Source: Cycas panzhihuaensis
Taxonomy: Eukaryota; Plantae; Cycadophyta
Direction of reading: 5' to 3'
Assembly: GCA_023213395.1 (NCBI GenBank)
Contig: CM041465.1
Span: 120,783,741 to 120,847,740, forward strand
DNA: 64,000 bases
In this document: piece by piece, positions 11,961-25,184 of the stretch
How positions within the stretch are numbered: the stretch's first letter is position 1
Layout of the letters: each line of letters opens with the position of its first letter
Notes under the pieces: model-generated
Told to the model about the DNA's origin: nothing
Seen by the model: only the letters and a program-made list of their open reading frames with translations
Database searches by the model: none
Translations under genes and position numbers: made by a program

Positions 11961-14900
11961 TTGCATTATAAAAGAAGATCAACACAAGCAACACAAGAAG
12001 GTATGAATCCTTGGCAAAGGTTGCAAATGATAAAAGATGTGCTTACTAAATTAGGAGTTTCAATTCATATATCAATCATGATTAAATGGTGGGAAGTAGA
12101 TTACTTCCAGCAATTAGTATTGGAACAAATCAAAAAACTAATACTAAGGGCTATTAAGGATATTAGAGTTGACCCAAGAGTTCCAATGGTAGTTTTTAGA
12201 ACAACTTTATGTAAAATGATTGTGGACGGAGGATTAGGAATAAACATGCTAATAGAATCCTCTCAGATAGCCTTGAGAAGGCCCAATGTGGTTGCCCCTG
12301 ATTATTTTATTAAATTGGCTAATCAACTTCAGGTAAGGCCCATGGGCACATTGTTTAATGTTCTAGTAACAGTCATAGATGTCACAATATTATTAGATTT
12401 TGCAGTGGTATGAATGCAAGAGCAAAGGAAGACTTATCCAACCCTATTGGGGAGGTATTGCCTTTTAACCACAGAAGCTATTCAAGATTGGGGTAAACAT
12501 ACATTCACGTTATCAATAGGAAAAAAAGACAATGACCTTTCCCTTGTGCTCAGACAGACCACAAATAGAAAAATCGAAGATGAAGAAAAAGCATCATCTA
12601 CAATGGCCATAACAGAATTAATAGTCAGCCCCTATTCAAAAATCACATTCCAAATACAACCAGTTTTGCTGAATAGCTCTTCGTCCTCTTATATGCTAAA
12701 CTAGCTTCATAATGCCTGAAAAGAAAAATAATCACCTTCTTGTTATCATTTAGAATTATGTATAGATTCTTTAATCGATGAAGGAAAGTAAGAGGCACAG
12801 CCAGAATTGTCGTAAATATAATGAATTGCACAAGGAAATTTGGTTTGTGCTGAAATAATTTCTGAATTTCCTAAATATGATGGTTGTTCACATGAAGCAC
12901 AAAAATATTTGGAAAAATGTGTTGCTATAATGGAAAATAAATTGCAACAACAATTTTGTTATCTTTTGTTTTTATGTTTCTTGGTAGCTTAAACAAGGTT
13001 GTGGTATGTTGCATATGAATTTGATTCTTGGGAAGAGACGAGTAGAATTTTTTTAAATAAATTCTAATTTTGCATTAATTACCTTCATTTTGGAATGGAG
13101 ATGATCCTTATGTATATGTATAGAATTGTGTTCAATCATGGACAACTAATGAAATCCCAAAAAATGAATGGGCACAATGATAGGGGTCAATGTTTAAAGG
13201 AATCTCTGTAGTCTGTTATAATCATTGTAAGAAAGTAAAGTTAGTAGACTAGGACATAATGTTCCAAAATTTTTACTAAACTTTTGCATACCACAATAAA
13301 GATAACCAAATTAAAGAAATTCTGCAAATTTTTAAAGAAAAAAACGGTGGAAGAATAAAAGAATTGCTTCCACATAAATAGAGAAGATGAAGAAGAGAAG
13401 TAAAGTTTTCCTCCGAGCTATTCTATAATAGAATATAGGAAATGCATCATAAATGATACTCCAGCATATAAGATGAGTCCAAGTGGCAAAACAGTAGAAG
13501 GGGGAAAGCTTAAATTGTAGGAAATTAATATTGGGACAAAGGAACAATCCCAAATCATCAATTTGGGAGATTATTGGGATGCAGAGATGGTACAATAAGC
13601 TACTTCATTATTTTTGGAATATAAAGATATTTTTGTATGGTCTTCCAAAGATTTAAAAGGCATTTCACCTGAATTAAGAGAACATAAGATATAATTAATA
13701 GAAGGAACTAGATGGCTAAGGTAACAACCATACCGTATGAATCTAAAGTACAAAGAAAAAGTTAAAGTTGAACTTGACAAATTGTTTGAAACAAATTATA
13801 TTTTTGAGGTAGACAATAGTGAATGGATGAGCTCAATTGTAGTTGTTCCGAAAAAGAATGGGAAACTTAGAGTTTGTGTGGATTACTAAGCTCTAAACAA
13901 TGTAATAAAAAAAACTCATTCTCAATTCCATTCATTAAGAATATTTTGGTAAAAATTGCAAGACATAGTTTATTCCTTCACAAATGGATTTAACAAATAT
14001 AATCAAGTGCAGATTACGACTAAAAATCAATTAAAGGCAACCTTTGTTATAGAATATGATACATATGCATTTAGAGTTATGTCATTCGGACTAACCAATC
14101 CTCTAGCCACATTTCAGAAAGTGATTCTCAGGATTTTTAATAAAATTGTTGGGAAATCAATTGAGGTATTTTTAGATGATTGAATGTTATTCACTTTGTT
14201 AAAAAATCATTTTGGTTGTATTTGATGCTTGAAACCTACAGAAAGAGCAAATTGTATTTGAATCCTGCAAAATATACATTTATAATTCTCTTTGGGACCT
14301 TGTTGGGTTATGTGGTGTTGCAAAATTGATTGCTTACGAACCCTAACAAAATAGTTGTAATCTTAAATTTTCCTATACTTAAAACATAGAAACAGGTCAA
14401 AGGATTATTAGGAATTATATGATACTATCAGAATTTTATAAAAATTATGCTCAGATAGCCAATCCCTTGGAAGCCTTGCTAAAAAAGAAAGCTGGGTGGC
14501 AATGGAAATTACAACAACTTGCACTTGAACTTCTAAAGAAGAAGATCGACCAGGCACCAATATTGTGATTTCCTAATTCAGACAAACCATTCCATGTACA
14601 TGTAGATGCCTCTTTACTTGTTATTGGGTATGTATTAGCACAACTAGAAGACAATAAAGTAGATTTGTCGATATATTTTGTAAGTCACAAGTTAACAGAA
14701 GTAGAACGAAATTATTCGATAACTGAACGAGAAAGCTTGGGTATGATCTATACTCTTCAAAAATTTAGGCATTATTTACTAGCCATTCCTCCTCCTTTTT
14801 TTTTGTAGACCACCAGACCTTGCAGTACTTGGTTAATAAACCCATTTTACAGAGAAGAATCAGTCGATGGCTGATGTTATTTCAAGAATTCGACTTCAAT

Positions 14901-16275
14901 ATTATGGTAAAAAAATGAGATAAATACGTAAATTTAGACTTGTTATCAAGAAGTGCAGAAAGAGAACTGGCCATGGAAATCTAGGATGATTTTTTAGATG
15001 TAGAATTATTCTCTTTTGAAGTAGTACCTAAATGGTATAGAGAAATTCTCCATTATTTGTCTATAGGACAAATCCCATTAAGTATGGAATGAGTAGAACA
15101 ACAAACTTTTATTCGAAAAACTTTTTCCTTTCAATTGATTTAAGGGATGCTATACAAATTAGGACCAAATTAGATGTTAAGGCGATGTATAATGGAACAT
15201 GAGGTAGAAGTTGTCGTTAGAGAAGCCCATGAAGATGTTGCAACAAAGCATCAAGGTGTTAAACCCACAGCTAAAAAAAAATTACTAGATGGACTTTGGT
15301 AATCTACATTGTTTCAAGATGTAGTAAAGTAGATTCACAGTAGTGATATATGCCAACAAGTTGAGAAATCGACAAAGAATCATTTACTGCTTTTACGCCC
15401 CATTCTAGCCCACGTGCCATTTTAAAAATGGGGATTGGATTTTATTGGGCCCATTAGTCTGCTAGCTAGACTGACGAATACAAGATATGTTTTGGCGACT
15501 ACAGATTTCTTGACCAAATGGATGGAAGTGAAACCAATGAGAATGTGCGATACTCAAAGTACAATTTAATTTTTATATGAAATGATCATCATTCGATTTG
15601 GTTGTTCCTTAGAAATTATTTATGATCAAGGAAGCAATTTTTTGATCAAGACAATTAAATGTCTTACCAAGAAGTTTATTATTCAACATTTTAAATCTTC
15701 TCTGTATTATCCTCGAGCAAACGGATAAGTGGAGAGCACAAATAATATTTTAAAATTAGCATTGTCCAAAATCTGCAATGAAGGAAGAACAGACTGAGCA
15801 TAGTGACTTCATTTGGTGTTATGGGCAGATAGAATAATGGTAAAAAGACCACAAACAACCACCGTTCCAGTTAATCTATGGACTAGAAGTAGTACTTCCT
15901 CTTGAATTACAAATGAAAAGCTTGAGGGTGGCTTACAGTTGAGACTACTAGAAGAAAATTCAAGGGAACACGAGTCATTGAATTAATGAGAATGGACATT
16001 AAAAGAGCCAAGGGTTTATGGGAACTGAAAATAGAGAAATTGAGACATAAAGCATGGTATGATCGATATCTCAATGTACCTCAGTTCCAAGAAAAAGATC
16101 TTGTACTTTTGTATGATAGTAAATTTCGTATAAAGCCTGAAAAATTGAAGTTATGATGGCTTGGTCCATATAAGGTAAATTGTATTAAGCCTAATGGAAT
16201 AATACAACTCTAACAACTTAATGGAACGTTGATAAAAAAAACAATCAATGGAAGTCAACTGAAATGGCACATAAT
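11961..16275 (+). pseudogene. pol: Gypsy J pol: protease (~12170-12520), extra capsid-like domains (~12867-13290), RT (~13480-14330), RNase H (~14560-14960), integrase with GPY/F tail (~15020-16275)
   Basis: MIVDGGLGINML; VVVPKKNGKLRVCVDY; VMSFGLTNPLATFQ; EVFLDD; FHVHVDAS; RISRWLMLFQEFDF; KWGLDFIGPI; WLGPYKV. Confidence 0.92.
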
Positions 16276-16369
16276 AAGTTTAAAAACAATGGGGGAGATG
16301 GGGAAACCATATGAGCAAATATTCCTCAATCATTTCAAATATGGAGACTTTAAGATGAGACTAATGGAA

Positions 16370-17335
16370 GAAGATTACAACCTAAGATAAAGAAGGTTGT
16401 AACTGAATTCATGAAGCAGTTGTAATTTGGGACGTGGAAGGTTGCAACCAGGTTCGTAAAATAGCTACAACCTATGACGTAGAAGGTTGCAACCTAAAAT
16501 ACAAAAGGTTGCAACTAAATTCATGAATTAGTTACAACCCAAGACGTGAAAAGTTACAACTAGGTTTGTAAAATGGTTACAACCTAGGATGCAAAAGGTT
16601 ATAACCAGGATCATGAAGTAGCTGCAACCAGGTTTATAAAGTGGTTGCAACCTGGGATGGTGAAGGTTGTAACTAGGTTTGTAAAACAGTTGCAACCAAG
16701 GTTGTAAAAGGTTGCAACCCGAAACGTAGAAGGTTGCAACCAGGACCATGAAGCAGTTACAATCAAGGTTGTAAAGAAGTTGCAGCCTCGGACATGGAAA
16801 GCTATAACCAAGATCATGAAACAATTGCCACTAAGGTCGTAGAAGGTTGCAACTAGGCTTGTAAAGCGGTTACAACTCGAGACATAGATTTACAAGAAAG
16901 TTACGATTCGAGGCACAGAAGGTTGCAACCGGGTTCATAAAGCTATTGCAATTAAGGATGTAGAAGGATGCAACTAAAGTTGGGAACAATTACAACATGA
17001 GATGTAAAAATTACAACCAAGTTTAGCAAGCAATTACAACTAGGAATGCAAAAGGATGCAACCAAGGATTAGGAATGGTTGCAACCTAGGGCATAATAGG
17101 TTACAACAGAAAATGACAAGTAACTACAATCAAAGATGCAGAAGTGATAATCAAATTGGAAAAGTGGCTGCAACCAAGGATGCAAGAGGTGCAACTATGC
17201 ATATGGGAAGGGTGCAACCTAGGAAGGAAGTGGATGGTAACCTGAAGTAAGATTACAACCAAAGAATGAAAAGTGGATGTAAATCACCATGTCAGGAATA
17301 AATGGTTGATAAGAGTTGCAATTGGTTATGATTGA
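16370..17335 (+). repeat. Tandem array of ~40 degenerate 22-23-bp units with palindromic core GGTTGCAACC and variable ~12-bp spacers
   Basis: Example: GGTTGCAACC-AGGTTCGTAAAA-TAGCTACAACC-TATGACGTAGAA-GGTTGCAACC-TAAAATACAAAA-GGTTGCAACT. Units counted by eye. Confidence 0.9.
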
Positions 17336-17669
17336 AAAGATCAATAAGAAAAGTAGTTAATACTAATGGCAACTAGTGTGGTAGAAGCTTTTAACAATCA
17401 CATCGGCAAGATTTGCATGTGAATCGAGACGATTTGAGAGTAATGATAATAATGACAAACAACATCGGGAGTAGTGGGGGTAGCGACAAGTGGTTGACAT
17501 GCACGGCAAATGGTAATCACGAGATGATTTGGTTGCCATTCAGTTATTGTAACAGATACTTGAAATGATGGTGGTTTTGTAAGGTAGACAGAACACAAGA
17601 CAGTGAGAATTGTAGTAGGAATACAAGTCAAAGAACAAAGGATTTGGGAATTCATAGCAAAAATCAAAC

Positions 17670-19388
17670 ATGAAGAACATCCTCGATATTCACATTAATA
17701 TTCAAGAGACAGATGACGACCTAATCAGAAATGAATAGAGCAATATGCTAGATAATGACAGTAAAAAAATAAATTTGACAAAGATAGGATTCGTCCACTA
17801 TGTGGCAATAGGATTCTTTCTGGTAACACATGATTTTTTATCATCCATGATTGGTTTTATAATATGCTAGCCTAATTTGTTGGATATCTCTGCAAATGCC
17901 ATTACGCAGATCTTGGGTTTACTTGATTCAGGTGAAGAAGTACCCAAGGATAAAAGAATTTCTCGAGAACAAGCAGCGAAATAACTAGGCGCTCAGGTAT
18001 CAGATATTTCCACGTATAGAATACAAATAGTAGGGATAACAAATGAAAACAAGCATTGGGTGGCTCATTTTCTCTTCACCTGAGTTGTTTTGAGCCAAAA
18101 GAACCTATATGTGCCTACAAAGATGAGATCGATGCTTCTGAGAGTGGCACAAGGAGACAGGTAAGTTGTCAAAAAAATTAAACAGTATTAAGGCTAGTAC
18201 ACAATCCAAGGTATTTTACCATCAGACCTTATTCTAAGGACTATTGCATTCACAATGTCTGGAACTAAGTCTACCTCAAGAAGAACAGGGATAATCTATC
18301 CTAATAGGTTGGATAAACTATTTCAGATAATAAGGAAAGGTCTAGTGAAGCCAAACTCAGGAAAGAAGGATTGGTTTCTATAGAAAAGTCAAATAAACAA
18401 CCCCCAATTGTTACTACAAGAGGTGAATCAAAATGAAGGGCAACGAGAAGAGGTGACCTTGTTAGCCAAAGAAGAAGCACAACAAAAATAGAAAGAGATT
18501 GTTGAATAAACTAAAACAAGGGGTAAAAATAAAAGAGAGAAAATTAGAAGGGGTAAGTAAAAGGTAGGAGACATAGGGATGACAATCAAGCAAAAAATCT
18601 TGGAGAAGGAACTCCAGCGAGCTAAATAGTCAGACAAACCCACAATTACAAAGGAGGAAAGGAGGAAGAGAAGGAAACTTGAGACAGAGAAGACAAAGTA
18701 GCAAATAATTAGAATTTTAAACAAGCTGCTAGTCAAGGTAGATTTTGATTTTAGCTAAGAAGAATTCATGGAAGATGGAATTGATCCAATGGAGTGCCAA
18801 CCACATAATGTGGCACATCAAAAAATTTCATTCCTGGCTAAAGTAATTTAACAGCTGGTGAGTGAATTAGAAGCTCATAATAAATGAACACCCCCAGATT
18901 TATAGCGGATTCAAAAAGTAGAAGATTAGTTGGCAGCCTATGAAGCAAAATTGGAGTTTCTAATTAAGTTCATCATGTATCAGGTAGCAGATACATCTAG
19001 GGTGGAACATTTGGTAAGGGTTTTTGGAGCAATGTTCATCAAATAAATCCCACATGGACTGAAGAAAGTAATACACAAGTTGGGTGGATGGATTCTACAA
19101 ATACAAAAGGATGTTGAAAATGCAAATCATTTTTTGTCGATGATTTCTTCCTTGCAAAGAGATTTAGTCTCGATGGAGATAAAAAACAGTGAATTGGAGG
19201 AAGAAATTGAGCAACCGCATTTAAGAGAAAAATTGACAATGGTTCAGTTATAGGCATTACATGATGTCAAGATCCTTTATGGCCACTGCAAAAAGTAGAG
19301 AATTAATCCACCCTGCACGATATATTGGCCAGACTTTCAGAAAATCCATCAAGCTATGGCAAAGATCAGGGAAAAGCGTAGGGGTTAG
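17670..19388 (+). pseudogene. Degenerate accessory (extra) ORF of gypsy J, ~570 codons
   Basis: MKNILDIHINIQETDDDLIRNE...IGFVHYVAIG...QILGLLDSGEEVPKDKRISREQAAK...HWVAHFLF, then a charged/coiled-coil region, then ILYGHCKK*RINPPCTIYWPDFQKIHQAM. Stops are mostly TAG/TAA/TGA transition products. Confidence 0.65.
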
Positions 19389-19502
19389 ATTTTTTTTTTT
19401 TTTTGGGCACGCTGGGGGGGGGAGGAGGAGTAGATTGTAAAATTGTAAATTTTTTTTGCTATTTACAAATGAGGGCACTCATAAGCATGGTAACAAGGGA
19501 GA

Positions 19503-19961
19503 TGTATGCTGAGAAATTATAGTGGTCGATAGAAGTTAGTTGCAACTAGGTGACTGTAACAAAAAAGGAAGTGATCACATTGAAAAGCAGTCAGTGATTA
19601 AAAGTCAGTATTTTAGGTGGAAGCGATTGCAACCAACCATAGAATTGCAAATACTTCCAAGATGTGGAAAAGGAATAAATATAGAAAATTTTTGAAAAGT
19701 ACCACACACCTGTGTATTGTAACATAACTTGTTGTATATTGTGTCTGCAAATGGCTCTGTGTACTACTCTGGGTTGGCATTGGGTTGTGAAAGAACTAGA
19801 TGCAACCCATTATTAATAGAATGATTATGGTTTTTTCCCTCCATTAGTGAACATTTGTACGTTTTGGAGTAAGTGTATGGTAGAGTTGATTGATACTTGT
19901 GGCTATTTTGTGCCTACTTATTAGTGTCTGTATAATAGTATGTATTAAGTAGAAGCACACA
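19503..19961 (+). repeat. 3' LTR of gypsy J
   Basis: Matches the 5' LTR with many transitions and a ~34-bp deletion; followed by TSD AGGAG. Confidence 0.95.
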
Positions 19962-20939
19962 AGGAGCTAGTGAAAATTGTAGAAGTAACAAAGAAAAATA
20001 TAAGTTATAGACCTTTAATGATGGAAAAATCAAAGTGAGCAAATTGCAAGGATGCAAAAGCCAAAGGGTTTAGTTGTGCTGAAAATGTGTTATGACCTCA
20101 TTCAATAACAATCATGGTCCTCCAATGCCACCAAGAAAAATGCAAGGAACGAACATTGAAAAAAAGAAATCAATGAATAAGACACTATGGAAAAGATGAG
20201 ACTTGGAAGTTATGATGGAAAATAAGAGGGCAACAAGTAAATGAAATATAAGAACATATCCCAAAAGGCTTTATAGGAAAAATAGTGTACATAAGAGAGA
20301 GACAAAGGAATGGGAAAAGCTAATGGTTGATCATTGGAAATAAGTGTAGCTATATTAGAAAACCTCTTGGGTACTTATGAGGATAAAAGTAGTGAAGTCG
20401 CATAAGAAAAGGTGCACTAGAAGAGAAATTGGTAACTACTAATCATAATAGGATTACAATAAACCCAAAAAATTGTGTAGCTATAGACAATGCATTCTCA
20501 CATATGAAATGCAATGAAATTAGGGATTGGGAAGGTTATTTACTATTATTTCAAAACTAGATTGAGTGAAAAAGATATAGGACAAATAAAAACTAAAGTA
20601 AATCTTCATTGTAATTTATCACAATGGCTTTGATTGGGCTTCAATATATGACAGTTATTACACTAAGTTGGCATGAGTTACATAACCCATAAACTAATTT
20701 CAAAAGCTAAGAGACTTAACAACTATTTATTAGGCATTATAAAATGTAAATAGACAGGAGAAGAGTGTAGTGGCCTTGCCACTCGTGCAATGGTACAGGA
20801 CCTTGTCCCTAGTAGACAAATCTCCAAAGAGATAACCCCAAGGAAGACAATAAAACACATTGATGATCTATCTTATCTAACACCTAGCATATTCATACTT
20901 ATATTGATGTTGACTTAATACTAATTGTTATTATGATGT

Positions 20940-21040
20940 GGATCACAACATGTTGTCCCTTCTTAAAAGCCTTGTCCTTAAAGCTTTACTATTTATGGGC
21001 CATTCATACCATTCATTCTTAAGAGCTTTGTCCTCAAAGC
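20940..21040 (-). mobile_element. Remnant 3' end (LEDK-type terminus, PPT, LTR start) of an old gypsy element
   Basis: Minus strand GAGGACAAAGCTCTTAAG and TTAAGGACAAGGCTTTTAAGAAGGGACAACA-TGTTGTG resemble chromovirus pol-end/PPT/LTR junctions. Confidence 0.45.
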
Positions 21041-24000
21041 TTGGTTGTTTTTGGGCTATGCATCCCACATCTTGTCTTAATCGTTAGTGTTACTTTAGGT
21101 GGACATAGACAGTTGTTAAAGGGTAATGTGCCTATGGGAGAGTTATTTGTTAGGCATTGTTTCAAGTTGAGCCAATGATTGTTTTGATTTTGATCATCAT
21201 ACCTAGTGAGTTGGTTAATTGATGTATGATGTTTAAGCATCTCTTGGACAATTTGATGTTGATTTTAACGGGTTTATGGCACTATGTTGAATTGTCAATT
21301 ATCCTATGTGTTTTGGGGTCTATTTTTGTGCATTGGTTTAAGAGAGTGTTAATATGTAATAAATTCAATATGTTGGTGATTTGTTCTAATGTAGGAACAT
21401 TCTAATCCATTTTAAAGTATATTAGGTCCTATTCTAGTTAAATATGATAAATGTTTCTACATTCTTGCCACTATAAATACTTAGGGTTTGTAATTATTGT
21501 ACTCTTAAGATTAGATCTATGCCTCATAGGGGAAAAGAGAGGAAATTTAATGTAGTGATCACACACAAAAGAGGTTGATTTACTTCTTGTGAATAAAATA
21601 GAAACTTATATGTGACGGGAGTCCAACAATCACTGCTACTAGGATCTTACAAAGGGAATTCTCATATAACCATGGATAAATCAAGAGAAACAACTATTAC
21701 AATACATAAGAAAAATAAAGTTCTACTCTACCTCTCTAACTTTCTTCTCTTTCACCCCATTCTACCTAACACTCTATCTTTCTAGCCCCCCTTATGTGAG
21801 TCTATCTCCATGTGTATCTACATGCATGCTTGCCTTGTGTCTATCTATTGACATTTATGCTCTGCCAACAACTATGTGCAAGCTCTTTTTATGTGTCTTT
21901 TCTCTGTGATTATTATGCTTGGTTATACTTCACTAGAGATAATTTGTAGTTATGATGAAATGGGTGGGATATATCTATGTGTGGATATCACATTAAAAAT
22001 CATTGGGAATTGAATTGTTATGCACAGAATGATAGCTCTTTCATAGTACTTAAAGAGTTATGCCATTATTCATGAAGGGCTATTTTTCAAGGCTTCATTC
22101 CTTACAACTTTGCAAGCTCTCAAACTGGCAACTTTGCAAATCACTTTGATACAAACAAACACCAGAAAGACCACATGAGCACATATACAAGAGTTTTAAA
22201 CCAAATGTTTGAGTTGATTAATTGATAAAAAGATGATAATTGCCTTTATAAATTTGTATTGATATTGGCCCAAACAAACACAACATTTACCCACCTAAAA
22301 ATTTAATTCAAAATCCTAATTCACTTAATTATCATTAATATTAATTCAAATCCATAACAAGTTTTCCCTTTTAAGATGGTTCATTCTCAAAGCTTTAGGG
22401 TTGCAACTATGGAAATTGTTTAAGAATTGTTGATAATTTTCATATATCATCTTCTATCGACAACTACTTTTGTTTGGTGAGGTACTCTTGAATAGTATTA
22501 GTTTGTAATTGTTTATCCCTAAATTATAATATGGCTTTAGGAATGAAGATCAACTTCCTCTCTTCATCTAGAGGAGAATCTCAATGTGTACTAAAGTGAG
22601 TTCCTTCGTCTTCTTCTTCAGACATGAAATGTGGAAAACATTGTGTATGATAGGTTTGAGGAAGTTCTAAGGCAACCAACGTTGCTAATTTTTTATTTTA
22701 CCAAATAGGGCCTAGGGTATTTGGGTCTTAATTTTTCCCTTTGCATCCCTTATGGGGATGTATATTTGTATGATTTTAAGCAAACATAAACCCAATCTCC
22801 TTTAGCAAACTCCTATTTTATGTGATGCTTATTTGCTTCTTGTTTCATTATATACTAAGCTTTGGGAAAATACTCCTTCAAAATTTGAATGATGTCTTAA
22901 ATGTCTTATAAATAATTAAACATTGATGAGGCACATATATCTTTATGCACTCAATCTTTTAATCGTGTGGGGTCATAGTCATAAAGGGCTTTGAAAGATG
23001 ACATCTAGATGGTCATGTGAAATGTGAAGTTATTAGAAATAACAAACGACTAGAATCAAAAAGAATTTTTTATTAATAATTCACATGATATAATACATAT
23101 AAATAGTCATCATGTAGGTATCATACATCAATGGCAATGTGCCAATAAGTTGGTCAACAAACTATTTTGACATATGCACCAATTGTACATTGTCTCCTAA
23201 TACTCATAGTACTCCCCCATAATACACATATGGGGAGACAACCAAGTTTTCTCTAAATTAATGATGATTAACCTTAGATAATGCCTTAGTGAAAATATCT
23301 ACAACTTAATCTCCAATCCTGCAATGAATCTATTCAATTTATCCTTATTATACTAGCTTTCAAATGTAATGATTCTTGATCTCAACATGTTTTGTTCTAC
23401 TATGCAAGACTAGGTTCTTCATCATCTGAATTATACTCTAATTATTACAATAAATTACTATCGATCCAATATAAGGTTGATGTAGATCCTATAGTATCCT
23501 TCTAAGCTATACTATTTTATGAGCTATTGCTTCAATTTCCTTGTACTCTGGTTTAACTATAAATAAGGAAATTATCAATTATTTCTTCATGTTCCATGTA
23601 ATTGTAGCTGAACCAATGTTGAAAACATAACTTGAATTAGATTTTCTATCCTCAATATTATTTGCCCAATCAGCATCTACATAACTAATCAATCTACATT
23701 TATTTGATGAAGAATATTGAAGTCCATAATTTAAAATTCCTTTGATGTATGTAAGGATCCTTTTGGCTACAATTCAATGTTTTATTTAGAATCTAACATA
23801 AATCTTGAAGTCAAACTCACTATATATGTTATATCTAGTAGAGTATTTATTAAATAAATTAGACCTCCTATCAATTGATAATATAAAGTATGATCAACTG
23901 AAATGAAATCTTCATTTTTGCTTAACTTGAATTTGATTTTCATAGGAGTAGAACTTGAGTTATAATTAATCATGTTTAACTTCTTTAAAATATGCATAAC

Positions 24001-25184
24001 ATATTTACATTATGGTGTGTATGCCACTTTCACTTTGCCCTATTTTAATACCGAGAAAATAATGCAATTATCCCAAGCTTGTCATTTAAAATTTTGAATT
24101 TATATCAACCTTGGATTCCTAAAACATCTCATCATTGCTTCCTGTGTAAATGAGATTATCAATATAAAGTGCAATAATTAAGATTAATTTACTAGTTGTC
24201 TTTATATAAATATTGGGATTTGATGGGCTCTTTTCTAAATCCTTAGTTTTGAAAATACTAGTTAATCCTAGAATACAAAGCTCTTGGAGCTTATTTCATT
24301 CCATATAAAACTTTCTTCAACTTACAAACTAAGTGTTTGTGACCTTCCAACTTCAAATCCTTAAAGTTGGGACACAAACTTTTTCATCAACATAACCATT
24401 AAGAAATGTTGATTTAACATCCATATGATATATTATTCAACCTTGATGAGTAGTTAGGGATAAGATACTTTTGACTGTGCCGACCTTACCAACAAGAGCA
24501 AAGGTTTCTTCATAGTCAATTCATTCTTATTGAGCATAACCTTTTGTAATAAGCATTGCCTTACATGTCAATTATACCATCTATTTTGTATTTAGTCTTG
24601 TATATCCACTCGGTTCCAATAACATCTTTACCAATAGTAACTCTACCAAATCCCATGTTTCATTTCTATGCAAGGCATCATATTTTACTTCTATTACTTG
24701 GATCCAAACTTCATTTTCAACAACTTCATCAAATGTTTTAGGTTTATTATTTTTCATTATTTTGAGTTATTAAGGCATAATTTATTATAGCTTGCTATCT
24801 TGTCAACCTTCTTTCAAAATTTGTATCAAGAATATTACTTGGACTATGACTTCTTATAAGTCATTTTAGACCTTTACTTTGCACTTGACTTGAACTTGAA
24901 TTATTTGATGAAGATTGAGTTGGATCAACGTCAATTGCAAACTACTTACCTTTATCAACATCAAGTTTATATGCAATATATTCATAAAAAATAATATCCT
25001 TACTAATAAAATTTTCCTTAATAGAGTATCAAATAATCTATAGGCATTTTGCTTATCTAAATAGTTTTAAAAAATAGATTTGATAATTTTTTCTTATAAC
25101 TTTATTCTCTTTTCATAATAAACATGCAGATATACAGCACAACCAAGCCCTTTCAAGTTACATCGGGTTTATAACTTGTCCTAA

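Larger units (their letters stand above)
9571..19961 (+). mobile_element. Full-length non-chromoviral Ty3/gypsy LTR retrotransposon J (10.4 kb), degenerate
   Basis: LTR pair 9571-10063 and 19503-19961. TSD AGGAG at 9566-9570 and 19962-19966. PBS at 10065; PPT AAGGGAGA at ~19495. Order gag-PR-RT-RH-INT, no chromodomain. Confidence 0.95.

Noticed and set aside
16370-17335. CRISPR-like appearance (palindromic repeat plus spacers)
   Set aside because: Spacers are only ~12 bp and related to one another, there are no cas genes, and the array is inside a plant retrotransposon. The overlapping minus-strand CN-rich ORFs are repeat by-products.
21040-22359. Additional solo LTR(s) and the 3' LTR of gypsy C
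   Set aside because: The composition is LTR-like (TATAAA, AATAAA), but there is no partner copy or TSD in the window to fix boundaries.
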